Notes: generated by a model not told the origin, from the letters alone. A DNA stretch of 64,000 nt from Armatimonadota bacterium (GCA_963677485.1 OY781964.1:4672001-4736000), one strand, 5' to 3'. Positions 8,879 to 19,569 are shown, numbered from the stretch's first letter. A program made the numbers and translations.

Positions 8879-10786
8879 GTGAATGACTTCATCAAGGCGA
8901 CAAAAAAGCACTTCTGGGGATACCTGCTTCTGGTGGTGCTTCTCGTAGGTTCGATCCTGGTAGTGAAGAACTGGAAGGCGAGACATCCCGGCTCCATGAA
9001 CGTAATGGAAAGCCAGGCGATGGACATGACCGTGATGAAGCCGCCGGTGGGTTCTGTTCCGGTTGCCACCGAGGTGGTTCATCTGGGCCATTTTGAGGCA
9101 AAAGTAACCTACACCGGCTCCGTGGCCCCTTGGCAAGAACAAGTTGTCTACCCTCGTGTTGAAGGATATCTGAAAAACCTGTCCGTGTATAATGGCGACC
9201 GTGTAGCAGCCAACCAGCTCATTGGGGTCGTCGATTCCCCCGATTTGCAGAGCAAACTGGCCGAAGCGTCCGCAGGTCGGTCTGCTGCAGCTAGCGAAGT
9301 ACCCACAGCACATTACAATGTCACTCGCATGTCTGCGGAACGCAGCGCATCACTGGCGGAGGTGGAATCCGCAAAGACCGAGTTGGTCCGTACAATAGCG
9401 ATGCTTTCCGCGACCGAAAAAGGGGTTTTTCAGCGGCAGAATGAAGTAAAAAGCGCGAAGGCTAACCTCGATTATTGGTATGCCGAGATTAACCGCGAAC
9501 AGAAACTGCTCAATTCAGGTGCTGTCTCCGCGCAGGAGTTCCAATCTGAAAAAGCCCAGGCCACAGCAGCCGAAGCCGAGTATGGGAACAAACTCGCGAT
9601 GCTGGAAGAGGCTAAAGCAAACGTGGAAGCCGCCCGAGCCGATGTTGCCAGTAAACAAGCTATGATCGCTGTCGCCGCTCACAGGGCATCGGCGGCTTCG
9701 GCCGCTCTGACAGGAGCGGGTTATGAAGTGAAGCAAAAAGCCGCCATGGCCAGTCAAGCAGGTTCGATGGTCGCCACCGCCGCCGCGGTGGATAAGTATC
9801 GATATGTGAGAGCGCCCTTTGCTGGAGCTGTCACTAAGCGGTATGTTAGTCCCGGCCAGTTCGTAAATGCCAGCACAGCTATCGCTAGTATCGTGCAGAT
9901 GGACCAGGTGAGACTACAGGCCAATGTAGCCGACAGGGATATCCAAACCATTCGTATTGGTTCAACTGTAGTCGCACGCTTTGCCAAAGATCCGAAGTTG
10001 GTCGTTCAAGCCAGGGTCACCTCAGTTTCGCCGTTATCTGATCAATCGAGTCGGACCGCAGTGGTAGAGGCTATAGTGCCTAATAAAGATCACAAGCTCG
10101 TGCCTGGTGATTCGGTCACGCTTGACATCGCCATATCGGGTAATTCCGATGCTATTAGCGTGCCTGAAAGTGCTATTGTTTCAAAAGATGGCATGTCCGC
10201 GGTGTGGGTTGTGCATAATGAAGCCCCAAAGGGTACGGCTAAATACACCTGCACCATGCATCCCCAAATCATCCGCGACCATCCCGGCAATTGCCCCATC
10301 TGCCAGATGAAGCTCGTTCCTATGGCCAGCGATGGCAACAAGAAGGCTCACTTAGTGATGGTGAAAACTGGTCTGTCATCCGGTAACCGCGTGGCGATCA
10401 CATCGGGATTGAACGATGGTGATGACGTTATCTACCAAGGCAACATCTATCTCAAAGATGGTGACACCGTCTTTCCGACAGCCTGGTCAGCCGATGGCCC
10501 AAGCAAAATGCCGAACGCGCCAGGGATGGGAGACATGCCCGGTATGGATAAGGGCTCCAGCGACATGAAGAACATGCCCGGCATGGACAAAGGTTCCGGG
10601 GACATGAAAGATATGCCGGGAATGGAACAAACCACGCCTAAGGCTAGTTCACCGGCTTCCGTGAAGAAGGCTGTCGTCCAGAAGACCTACGCCTGCCCAA
10701 TGCACCCTCAAATCACAAGCCATAACCCCGATGATGTCTGCAAGATATGCGGAATGAAGATTAACAAGCTGGTTGAGGCAAAATAA
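8879..10786 (+). CDS. RND efflux periplasmic adaptor (CusB/HlyD-like) with two heavy-metal-binding CxMHP domains and Met-rich tail
   Basis: Barrel-sandwich/coiled-coil architecture (VRAPFAGAV); YTCTMHPQI..GNCPICQMKL and YACPMHPQI..CKICGMKI. Confidence 0.9.
   Translation: MNDFIKATKKHFWGYLLLVVLLVGSILVVKNWKARHPGSMNVMESQAMDMTVMKPPVGSVPVATEVVHLGHFEAKVTYTGSVAPWQEQVVYPRVEGYLKNLSVYNGDRVAANQLIGVVDSPDLQSKLAEASAGRSAAASEVPTAHYNVTRMSAERSASLAEVESAKTELVRTIAMLSATEKGVFQRQNEVKSAKANLDYWYAEINREQKLLNSGAVSAQEFQSEKAQATAAEAEYGNKLAMLEEAKANVEAARADVASKQAMIAVAAHRASAASAALTGAGYEVKQKAAMASQAGSMVATAAAVDKYRYVRAPFAGAVTKRYVSPGQFVNASTAIASIVQMDQVRLQANVADRDIQTIRIGSTVVARFAKDPKLVVQARVTSVSPLSDQSSRTAVVEAIVPNKDHKLVPGDSVTLDIAISGNSDAISVPESAIVSKDGMSAVWVVHNEAPKGTAKYTCTMHPQIIRDHPGNCPICQMKLVPMASDGNKKAHLVMVKTGLSSGNRVAITSGLNDGDDVIYQGNIYLKDGDTVFPTAWSADGPSKMPNAPGMGDMPGMDKGSSDMKNMPGMDKGSGDMKDMPGMEQTTPKASSPASVKKAVVQKTYACPMHPQITSHNPDDVCKICGMKINKLVEAK
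10535..10624 (+). repeat. 39-nt tandem repeat (~2.3 copies) encoding MPGMDKGSxDMKx
   Basis: Units start at 10535, 10574 and 10613. Confidence 0.85.
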
Positions 10787-13700
10787 ATGCCTGATCAAAA
10801 CAGCCCTAAAGCACACCCACCGATAGAAAAACACCCAGCGAATGCTCTGCATTTGATCCATAAATGGTCCATTGAGCACCCCTATATAGTGGTGGCGTTT
10901 TACCTGGCGGTCATCATCATCGCATACATCACCATCACCAGGACCATGCCGCGGCGGTTCATGCCGTATGTGGAAAGCCCCATGGTGGGTGTGGTCACGA
11001 TGATGCCCGGCTTGTCAGCTCAAGAGATGGAGATGTATGTCGCCAAACCTATCGAAGAGCAACTCGTCAACGTCAAGAATCTGCACTACATTCGCTCTAC
11101 GTCGCAGGACGGCTTCGCCATCGTGAGCCTTGAGTTCAACTACGGCAGCGATATGAAAAAGGCGCTCTTCGACGTGCAGAGCCTGATGAACGTCATCCAG
11201 GCGAATCTTCCCTCCACAGGAGCGAACACGAAGCCATCCTGGGTGCTTTCGATTGACCCGTTGAACCTGCCCATCCTTTCGCTTTCTGTGACTGGTGACA
11301 ATCGATGGGATAAACAGAAGCTACGGGAATTCGTGGACAACGATGTGGTGAACCGCATCAAGACCATTCCTCAAGTCTACTCGGTGGTGCCTTTCGGCGG
11401 TTACAAACGCCAACTGCAGGTGCTTGTCGACCGCGATAAGCTGGCGTCATATAAGCTATCTATCCTTGATGTCAGGAATGCGATCGACAAATACAACGTC
11501 TCGCGATCGGGCGGAACCATCACAAGCGGTGCCAATGAGGCGATCATTCGCGTAGACACGCGGGCAACCAACCCCCAAATGGTGCTGAACTACCCGATAG
11601 CCAGCATATCGAGTGGGGGCAATGTCACGCCCGCCGCATCGGGCAGCTCATCTGGCGGTGGAATGGGCGGAGGAGGCGGATCGGGCTCTTCACCGGCACC
11701 AGCGCCTTCAGCCGATGCGCCATCGGTTGGCACAGGTACGCTTGATCAGCCGAAGACCGTCTATGTGCGTGATGTCGCACGAGTTGTAGATAGCTTCTGG
11801 GAACGAAGAAGCGCTTATCACTTTGTCGACCATGGCAAAATCAAAGAGTCGATTGAAGCGGCCGTAATACAAGACCCCGGTGCCAGCTCCGCGCAAGTGG
11901 TGCCGGCGGTCGAAAAAATACTAAAGCAACTAAAACAAGATAACCCAGGGATTTCGTTCGAGGTGGCCTACGACAACGCCCACTTCGTAAACATTTTGTT
12001 CAAAAACATGTTTGAAGAGCTGGGAGTGGCGGTACTGCTGACCGCCATCGCCGTGCTGCTGTTCCTGGGGGAGTGGCGAGGCACCATCATTGCGCTCATC
12101 ACTATCCCGATTTCGCTGGCCATGGCCATCACCTGCCTGGTGCCGCTGGGAATGACCCTGAACTCAGGCACACTCATCGGGCTATTGCTCTCAATTGGAC
12201 GACTGGTGGACGACTCGATCATCGATATCCACGCCGTGGAACGGCATATGCGGATGGGGAAGGACCCCAAGACAGCCACCATCGATGGCATCGCTGAGGT
12301 TCGACTCGCGGTGATTGCCTCTACCATCGTGTTGGTGCTGGCTCTTGCTCCGCTGCTCGTTGCAGGCGGCATCGTACAGTTGATGTTCGTTGAACTGGTT
12401 TGGCCGATTATCTTCGCGTTGCTGTCTTCTATGCTGGTGTCATTCACGCTCACGGCTCTGCTTTGCGCGAACCTGTTGAAGCCGCATTCTGAGCTCGACA
12501 AGGAGCGAAGAAGTGGGTTCTACCGTCATGTTCTAGGCCCCATACAACACTCCCTCGACCGCATGGAAGCGGGTTACAGCCGTATCATCGGCTGGATGTT
12601 GAAGAACCGGTTCATGAATATGGCGCGGATATTAGCTACCGTGATCATCGGATTTACGTTCTACAACTTCATCGGCTCTGAAATGATGCCCCTTGCGGAT
12701 GTGGGTCAAGCATACGGTGTGCTGGAGATGGCTCCAGGTACCAGCTTTGCTGAGACCGAACATGCGACCACCGCTCTCGAGAAGATCATGGCGAAGTATC
12801 CCGAGATCGAAAAAGTCAGTACCGAGATCGGTGCTGAGACGATGTTCGAGAGCTTCAGCCCGATGTATACTGGCTACGCGATGCCGCAGGTGAATGCATC
12901 CGCGATGATGATTACCTTCTCCGACAAGGACACGCGTAAACGTGATATCTGGCAAATCATGGATGCCATACAAAAAGAGGCGACTTCGACTATTCCCGGT
13001 ATCCGCCGTCTGCAAATCAAGGAGATGGGCGCCGACGTGATGGCCAGTTCACTCGCTCCGGTATCTGTCCTTGTTTACGGCAAAGACCTGCATGTGTTGA
13101 ACGACATTGGTCAGCAGGTGCTGGATGTGGCCAAGCAGACCAAGGGCATGTATCAAGTAGCATCAAGCTGGGACATGAAGCAGCCGTCTTACAGGATTGA
13201 AGTGATACCTGAGCGCGCGCAGGCATTGGGACTTAGCCCCGAGGATATCTCTCAGCAGGCATACTATTCCCTTAAAGGCGGTCTGACCAACGAATGGTAT
13301 CGCCTTCCCAACATCCGGCAAAATACGGTGCTAGTTCGCTACGAGGGGAAAGATCGAGCGAACGCTTCCGACCTCGAGAGTATGTATATCACCGCCTCCG
13401 ATGGCAGGCAGGTGCCCCTGAAGAGTGTCGCCAACATCCGCAAGGAGCTTGTTCCGACATTGATAGAGCACGACGGCATCCGCAGGGTCGTCTCCATCAA
13501 TGGCTACTACCGCAAGGGACCCGGTGATAAACCTTCGATGGACGTCACCATGGATTTTATGATGAACGCCATGGCCAAAGTCAACTTCCCTCCGGGTTAC
13601 GGAATGGAAGGGCGCGGTGACATGACCCAGATGATGGACAGTTTTGCCCGGCTGCTGAAAGGGCTCGGTATCGCGTTGTTATTCATCTTCCTCGTGCTGG

Positions 13701-14248
13701 TGGCACAGTTCAGAGGCTTCCTGCAGCCGCTTCAGATGGTGTTCTCGCTGCCCCTAGAGCTTGCCGGGGTCTTCCTTGCGCTCTACCTGGCGCACCAGGC
13801 GTTCTCCACGGTCTCCATCATGGCGGTGATCGTGTTGACTGGTATGGACATCACCACGGCGATCTTGCTAATCGATATGATCGCCCGGTACCGCGACCGC
13901 GGCGTACCCAGGGACCAGGCTGTGATGGAAGCATGCCCACAGAGGCTGAGACCTATCTTGATGACGTCAATGATCACCATTCTGGTCATGATCCCGGTGG
14001 CCTTCTTCCCGAGAACCGGCATGGATGCTTACCAGCCGCTGGGAACGGTGATTTTGGGAGGTTTGATCATGGGCACCATCTTGAGTCTGTTCGACATTCC
14101 CATCATGCATACTTATGTGGATGATTTCATCCGCTGGATCAATTGGCGGTTCTTAAAGAGAAAGTGGGTGTGGCCTGTGACTGAATCGATAGATGACGGC
14201 TCGATTACATTGCATCCTACGGAGGATAAACATGACAAAACACAGTAG
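10787..14248 (+). CDS. RND efflux permease (AcrB/CusA superfamily)
   Basis: 1153 aa; PGLSAQEME..V..PIEE, LVDD in TM4, RLRPILMTS, YQPLGTVILGGL. Confidence 0.95.
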   Translation: MPDQNSPKAHPPIEKHPANALHLIHKWSIEHPYIVVAFYLAVIIIAYITITRTMPRRFMPYVESPMVGVVTMMPGLSAQEMEMYVAKPIEEQLVNVKNLHYIRSTSQDGFAIVSLEFNYGSDMKKALFDVQSLMNVIQANLPSTGANTKPSWVLSIDPLNLPILSLSVTGDNRWDKQKLREFVDNDVVNRIKTIPQVYSVVPFGGYKRQLQVLVDRDKLASYKLSILDVRNAIDKYNVSRSGGTITSGANEAIIRVDTRATNPQMVLNYPIASISSGGNVTPAASGSSSGGGMGGGGGSGSSPAPAPSADAPSVGTGTLDQPKTVYVRDVARVVDSFWERRSAYHFVDHGKIKESIEAAVIQDPGASSAQVVPAVEKILKQLKQDNPGISFEVAYDNAHFVNILFKNMFEELGVAVLLTAIAVLLFLGEWRGTIIALITIPISLAMAITCLVPLGMTLNSGTLIGLLLSIGRLVDDSIIDIHAVERHMRMGKDPKTATIDGIAEVRLAVIASTIVLVLALAPLLVAGGIVQLMFVELVWPIIFALLSSMLVSFTLTALLCANLLKPHSELDKERRSGFYRHVLGPIQHSLDRMEAGYSRIIGWMLKNRFMNMARILATVIIGFTFYNFIGSEMMPLADVGQAYGVLEMAPGTSFAETEHATTALEKIMAKYPEIEKVSTEIGAETMFESFSPMYTGYAMPQVNASAMMITFSDKDTRKRDIWQIMDAIQKEATSTIPGIRRLQIKEMGADVMASSLAPVSVLVYGKDLHVLNDIGQQVLDVAKQTKGMYQVASSWDMKQPSYRIEVIPERAQALGLSPEDISQQAYYSLKGGLTNEWYRLPNIRQNTVLVRYEGKDRANASDLESMYITASDGRQVPLKSVANIRKELVPTLIEHDGIRRVVSINGYYRKGPGDKPSMDVTMDFMMNAMAKVNFPPGYGMEGRGDMTQMMDSFARLLKGLGIALLFIFLVLVAQFRGFLQPLQMVFSLPLELAGVFLALYLAHQAFSTVSIMAVIVLTGMDITTAILLIDMIARYRDRGVPRDQAVMEACPQRLRPILMTSMITILVMIPVAFFPRTGMDAYQPLGTVILGGLIMGTILSLFDIPIMHTYVDDFIRWINWRFLKRKWVWPVTESIDDGSITLHPTEDKHDKTQ

Positions 14249-15599
14249 AATGGCTGCATTCGCCTTGATAGGGGCAGCCCTCTGCACATCCATACCAGGG
14301 ATCGCCGATGCAGCCGATGCAGGTATGCCTCATGACCCCTCTGGGCAGCCCGTGATCAGTCAGACGGTATCGGTAAGCGATGCAGTGGGTATTGCGCTCA
14401 AAAACAGTCCGACCATCGCATCACGCAAAGCCCTCCTCAGCGCGACATCAGCGAGGGTGGGCATGGCTCAGGCGATGACACGCCTTCAAGTGTCTACCAC
14501 CACGTTTGCGAATGCAGGCGACATGCCGATGATATACCGCGGACCGGACAATGTGCAGCCGCAGAGTATCTCACTTACCAGTGACCGTTCGCGGTTGAAT
14601 CAAACTGTGATGGCGATGTATCCAATATATACGGGCGGAAGAAACCAGGGACTGGTGAGCGGTGCGAAGGCTAATACCGAGGCCGCTAGATTTGATCTTG
14701 CCACCACTGAGCTGGACGTGTCGTTGGCGGTCAAGCAGATCTATTTCAGAGTTCTGCTTGCCAGACGCACCGTGGAAGCTTATCAGAGCCGTGTCAATGA
14801 GGCAACAGAGCGTGTTCGCATCGCACAGGTCGCATATGAAGCGGGCCGAATCGCAAAATACGACCTGCTGCGCAACCAGACAGAACTCGCAGATGCGCAA
14901 CAGATGCTGGTGAATGCTCAGGCGGACGTAGAGATGGCGTTCATTGAGTTGCGCAATATGATGGGTGTTTCGCAGACCTCGCAGTTAGCACTTGCTGACG
15001 ATCTTTCGGTACAGTCTGCACTTCCTGCGATTAATGAGCTGCAGGTTACAGCGGTCAGGCAAAGCCCGGAGGTATCGGCGATGCAGGCGCGGGTGGCATC
15101 GGCCCAATCGAACGTCGAAGTGGCGAAGAGCGCACTGAAACCTCAGATTTATGCCACAGCAATGGCAGAAATTTCCGTATCTAAAAGTAGTGAGATGAGC
15201 AGCGGCACAGATACGGGCTACCTGGTCGGCTTGGCTGCTGCGATCCCGCTGCTTGATGGCGGGTCACGCAAGTCATCGATTCAGGAAGCTCAGGCGATGC
15301 ATGAGCAGATGCAGGCTGATCAGCGGGAGACCGTGCTGAACGTCGCGAAAAGGGTGGCGACCGCTTATACGCAATTTAGCGCAGCTACAAAGAATGTTAG
15401 CCTGGCTCAGGCAGCGATTACCCAGGCTGAAGAGGACTATCGCGTGATTCGTATGCGATATGAAGCAGGAAAGGCGACGAATGTGGAGGTTCTAGATTCA
15501 CTAGCCAGCCTGACCCGCGCAAAAACGAGCTATATTGAGGCACTATACACGCAAAATATGGCGAATGCGACACTAACCCGAGCAATCGGTCAACGATAA
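14232..15599 (+). CDS. TolC-family outer membrane efflux protein
   Basis: Signal peptide; AVGIALKNSP, PIYTGG, PLLDGG, RYEAGKATNVEVLD motifs; ATG 14232 after GGAGG. Confidence 0.92.
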   Translation: MTKHSRMAAFALIGAALCTSIPGIADAADAGMPHDPSGQPVISQTVSVSDAVGIALKNSPTIASRKALLSATSARVGMAQAMTRLQVSTTTFANAGDMPMIYRGPDNVQPQSISLTSDRSRLNQTVMAMYPIYTGGRNQGLVSGAKANTEAARFDLATTELDVSLAVKQIYFRVLLARRTVEAYQSRVNEATERVRIAQVAYEAGRIAKYDLLRNQTELADAQQMLVNAQADVEMAFIELRNMMGVSQTSQLALADDLSVQSALPAINELQVTAVRQSPEVSAMQARVASAQSNVEVAKSALKPQIYATAMAEISVSKSSEMSSGTDTGYLVGLAAAIPLLDGGSRKSSIQEAQAMHEQMQADQRETVLNVAKRVATAYTQFSAATKNVSLAQAAITQAEEDYRVIRMRYEAGKATNVEVLDSLASLTRAKTSYIEALYTQNMANATLTRAIGQR

Positions 15600-15633
15600 A
15601 TAGAGAACGCAGACAATACCGGGAGGTATCACA

Positions 15634-15933
15634 TTGAAGATTTCACGAACAGCATCAGCAGTCATGGCAATCCTCGCAGTGGCGACTATGTCCGTATATG
15701 CCACAGCGGGACCATCCTGCAGTATGGCACCGAAGTCAAAGACTGCCGCGGTCGGAAAGAGGGCAGGCTCACACAAAAAGCTTGTGTCCGCCGTCTGCCC
15801 GGTCATGGGCACGAAGATCCCGGATATCACCAAAGCGGCTGGTAAGTCCGTATACAAAGGCAAGACTTACTATTTCTGCTGCAGTATGTGCAAGCCCGCC
15901 TTTGACAAGAATCCCGCAAAATACGTCAAGTAA
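15634..15933 (+). CDS. Exported YHS-domain (metal-binding) protein
   Basis: CPVMG...YKGKTYYFCCSMCKPAFDKNPAKY; signal peptide; TTG start after GGAGG. Confidence 0.9.
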   Translation: MKISRTASAVMAILAVATMSVYATAGPSCSMAPKSKTAAVGKRAGSHKKLVSAVCPVMGTKIPDITKAAGKSVYKGKTYYFCCSMCKPAFDKNPAKYVK

Positions 15934-15947
15934 GGCGTAAACACTCT

Positions 15948-15980
15948 GGCCGTGGACAGATTAGCTGTCTACGGCCTTTC
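15948..15980 (+). terminator. Intrinsic terminator after efflux/YHS operon
   Basis: GGCCGTGGACAG / CTGTCTACGGCC hairpin followed by TTTCT. Confidence 0.7.
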
Positions 15981-16018
15981 TATATGACAAGATGTGAAGT
16001 GTTGGTTCATAACATTGT

Positions 16019-16597
16019 ATGAAAGATAAAGACAGAATGCACCCTGCAGCAAAATGGCTAAGAGTTGGGCCGGGTTTGCTGATCGCCGCGGTTTTGTCCG
16101 TTGTGGTATGGAGCCAGTGGGGTAAATACGAAACAGCGGCCAGGCAAGCCAAACCGCGCCTACCGATTATCGAACGACAGCTCATCTCATCCTCAACAGA
16201 GACCGATGCAGGGCCGATTCCTGAGTTGAAATTCATACTCGATCGTAGTGATGCGTTGAAACTGAACAGCTCACAACGAGAGCGGATCATGAAGCTGCAG
16301 CAGGACTGGCTCCATCGATATGCACCAAAGGTCGCGGCAGCACAACACGCGGCCGATACGACCCGCGAATACCTTCAGCAAAAGCAACAAAGCTCGCGTG
16401 TGCCGGTCGCGCAGATACAAAACAATGCCACCCCGCTCATTTCTCTTTCTGCTGAGATATCGGCAGCCCGAAGATCATATTGGAGCCAAGCCACGAAACT
16501 ACTGAGTAGCTCTCAGCGAGGCATATTAACCAAGGCACGCATCGCGGATTGGCAGGCGCGGCAGAAGCGTATGTTTGAATTCACCCGTCCCAAATAA
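16019..16597 (+). CDS. Membrane-anchored helical protein, possibly Spy/CpxP/ZraP-like
   Basis: N-terminal TM; two LTxxQ-like motifs (LKLNSSQ, LLSSSQR) flanking a helical region. Confidence 0.55.
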   Translation: MKDKDRMHPAAKWLRVGPGLLIAAVLSVVVWSQWGKYETAARQAKPRLPIIERQLISSSTETDAGPIPELKFILDRSDALKLNSSQRERIMKLQQDWLHRYAPKVAAAQHAADTTREYLQQKQQSSRVPVAQIQNNATPLISLSAEISAARRSYWSQATKLLSSSQRGILTKARIADWQARQKRMFEFTRPK

Positions 16598-16707
16598 TCT
16601 AACCGCTCATTTTCTATTTGCTCCGGCTTGATAAAGGAAATTGCTCAGTCCATGCGTAACAATTGGGTATACGCAGATCGCTGCTGGTCACACTGAGGAG
16701 AATAGAA

Positions 16708-19569
16708 TTGAGCGCACCACAAAATAAGATCACCCTGACCGATGCATTGCATCGAATCAATACCGAATTGAATTACGCCGAAGGTCTGTTGACCATGCGG
16801 CCCAATGCCGACTGCAGCCGTGAAGTGCAGGCTGTTCGGCAGATGGTGGCGGAGCGTGCGAGTTCGCTCAGCAACGACACCGCGGCATCTTTACTTGCCG
16901 AGTGCGAAGCACAGCTCGCTGAAACGGCGAAAATCGCCAAATCTGTCACGGTGCATATGGTCGCCCATGCCCATATCGATATGAACTGGATGTGGGCGTA
17001 CGACGAGACGGTCGCCGTCTCCCTTGATACTTTCGCCACGATGCTGAAGTTGATGGAAATCTACCCCAACTTCACTTTTTCCCAGAGCCAGGCCTCGGTC
17101 TACCGCATCGTGGAGCAGTACGACCCCAATATGCTGCAGCAGATCGCTCGCCGTGTGAAAGAGGGGCGATGGGAGGTATCTTCAGCCACTTGGGTGGAGC
17201 ATGACAAGAATATGTCCTCAGGTGAAACCCAGTTGCGCCAGGTTTTATATGCCAAGCGCTGCTTCAAGAGGCTGTTCGGCATCGGATACGACGACATCAA
17301 GCTGGATTTCGAGCCTGACACCTTCGGACATTCGCTGCACACCCCTGACATTCTCTCCAGCGTGGGAGTGAACTACTACTACCATTGCCGCGCTTATCGC
17401 GATGAGAAGCTCTACCGCTGGCAGGCACCAGATGGTAAGGAGCTGCTGTGCTATCTCGAGAAGGGCGACTGGTATAGCTGGGAAGTGTCACCTGGAGGGA
17501 TCGTCGATGTGTCACTGCGAGAGATGCGCGAAACGGGCATGTCTGATGTGCTGCGTGTGTATGGGGTAGGCGACCATGGCGGTGGCCCGACCGTGCGGGA
17601 CATAGAGGCGATCAACCTGGCGAATAGCTGGCCGGTGTTCCCTGTAGTGAAGTGCTCTACCTACGCGAACTTCTTCGCCAAAGCGAATGAAGCCCGTGAG
17701 AGTTTCCCGCTGGTGACCGGAGAGCACAACTTTGTGTTCACAGGCTGCTACACATCCCAGTCGGATGTTAAGAAGGGCAACAGGCATTCTGAAAAGAACC
17801 TGGTTCAGACGGAGGGTTTTGCGGCACTCGCCCACGCGTTAGCTCCTGAATATGAGTACCCTGCCGAGTTACTGGGGACCGCCTGGGAGCATGTGCTGTT
17901 TAACCAGTTCCATGACATTCTGCCCGGTTCTGGCATCGTCGATACCCGCCGTTATGCCATGGGGAAATATCAGGAGGTCAGTGCCGTCACCAGCACCACG
18001 CAGAAGAGGGCACTCTCTGCGATTTCTAGCCGCATCGACACCTCCGGGTTGCTGAAATACGTGCCAGCCTCGGAAGGGGTTGATGACCGCGCCCTTGGAG
18101 CCGGTGTCGGCTTCTGGCAGAACGACAAGGGAGCATCCAGCCCAGGTGTCGACCACAATAACTACCGGATTATTACTGTCTTCAATCCCTCCGCAGTGGA
18201 ACGCACACAGGTGGTTGAGGTGGTGCTGTGGGATATGGCCGGCAAGGGCGGACTGGTGGCTAAAAACGCCTCTGGTGATGAGGTCGCACTTCAGATCATC
18301 GAGCATCACGGCGGATTCTGGGCCCATCGATTCAAGATTGTTCTTCTTGAGGCACTCAAGGTGCCACCGATGGGATACAGAAGCTACGTGGTGTATGAAG
18401 ACCTCGCCCGCACCGATGTGCCGGACGGCTGGGACATGCGCGTTGAAGAGCCGCTGAACCTGAGCATCGAGAACGAGATGCTCAAAGTGACGCTCGACAG
18501 CCAGACGGGAGCCATCAGCAGCCTGCTTCTCAAATACGAGAATCTGGAACTGGTCACTGAGGATGAGCAGACGGCGTTGTTCCGTGTGATCGACGAGTCC
18601 AGCGTGCTGAATGGCGGCATGAGTTCATGGATCGTGGGAAGTTATGCAAATATCGAGCCCATCAGCGGTGTGAAATATACGGACATCCCACGCCAGGGTT
18701 ACGAAAGGGCCGTCGAGAGATTTACCCTACGCAAAGTGAGTGGGGCACTGCGCAACGGATTGGTGTGGCTTGGTAAAATCCGAGGCTCGCAACTGCTGGT
18801 CGGCATCCATTTGGATAAAGGCAGCAAGCAAGTGGTCATTGACTGTAAAGTCGACTGGCTGGAGAAGGGCACACGAGAGAGCTTTGTACCGCAACTGAAC
18901 ATCACCATCCCCGTGGCCATCAAACAGGCACAGCATACCTTTGAAGTGCCGTTCGGGGCTATCGTGCGTGAACCGCGTGATCAAGACCTGCCAGCCCTGC
19001 GTTGGGCAGATATCAGCGGGTGCCATGATGCCACTGGTCATCTTTTCGGCTTAACAGTGGCCACCGACTCCAAGCACGGCTACCGGATTTCAGAGAACTC
19101 GGTTTCGGTGTCGCTCATCCGCAGCAGCTACGACCCAGACCTGTATCCAGAATACGGCGAACACCGCTTCTCGCTTGCGTTGGCGCCTCATGAGGGACAG
19201 TGCGATGTCGCCGCTGGTTGTGCTGTGGCGGACACTTTGGATCACCCGCTGGTGGTGACCCAAAACAATGCCCACACCGGCGATATGTCAACCGACAGTG
19301 CTCTGATCCATTTGAACAACTGCAACATCGTACTAAGTTCAGTGAAAAAGCCCGAAGATAGTGATGGGCTGGTGATTCGGTTGTATGAGGTTGCTGGCTG
19401 CGACACTTCGGCGAAGCTGTATGTGTCACCTGAACTTGCTGGCGAAGGTGCAAGCTGGTCTGAGGTCGATTCCCTGGAACGGCCCATCGGTGATTTCAAG
19501 CCTGTGGTCGACGGCATCATAAGGGTGAACATCCCTGCCCGAGCCATCAGATCCATCATCGTGAAGTAG
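16708..19569 (+). CDS. Alpha-mannosidase, glycoside hydrolase family 38
   Basis: HAHIDMNWMW, PDTFGH, YGVGDHGGGPT, NQFHDILPGS; TTG start after GAGGAG. Confidence 0.93.
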   Translation: MSAPQNKITLTDALHRINTELNYAEGLLTMRPNADCSREVQAVRQMVAERASSLSNDTAASLLAECEAQLAETAKIAKSVTVHMVAHAHIDMNWMWAYDETVAVSLDTFATMLKLMEIYPNFTFSQSQASVYRIVEQYDPNMLQQIARRVKEGRWEVSSATWVEHDKNMSSGETQLRQVLYAKRCFKRLFGIGYDDIKLDFEPDTFGHSLHTPDILSSVGVNYYYHCRAYRDEKLYRWQAPDGKELLCYLEKGDWYSWEVSPGGIVDVSLREMRETGMSDVLRVYGVGDHGGGPTVRDIEAINLANSWPVFPVVKCSTYANFFAKANEARESFPLVTGEHNFVFTGCYTSQSDVKKGNRHSEKNLVQTEGFAALAHALAPEYEYPAELLGTAWEHVLFNQFHDILPGSGIVDTRRYAMGKYQEVSAVTSTTQKRALSAISSRIDTSGLLKYVPASEGVDDRALGAGVGFWQNDKGASSPGVDHNNYRIITVFNPSAVERTQVVEVVLWDMAGKGGLVAKNASGDEVALQIIEHHGGFWAHRFKIVLLEALKVPPMGYRSYVVYEDLARTDVPDGWDMRVEEPLNLSIENEMLKVTLDSQTGAISSLLLKYENLELVTEDEQTALFRVIDESSVLNGGMSSWIVGSYANIEPISGVKYTDIPRQGYERAVERFTLRKVSGALRNGLVWLGKIRGSQLLVGIHLDKGSKQVVIDCKVDWLEKGTRESFVPQLNITIPVAIKQAQHTFEVPFGAIVREPRDQDLPALRWADISGCHDATGHLFGLTVATDSKHGYRISENSVSVSLIRSSYDPDLYPEYGEHRFSLALAPHEGQCDVAAGCAVADTLDHPLVVTQNNAHTGDMSTDSALIHLNNCNIVLSSVKKPEDSDGLVIRLYEVAGCDTSAKLYVSPELAGEGASWSEVDSLERPIGDFKPVVDGIIRVNIPARAIRSIIVK

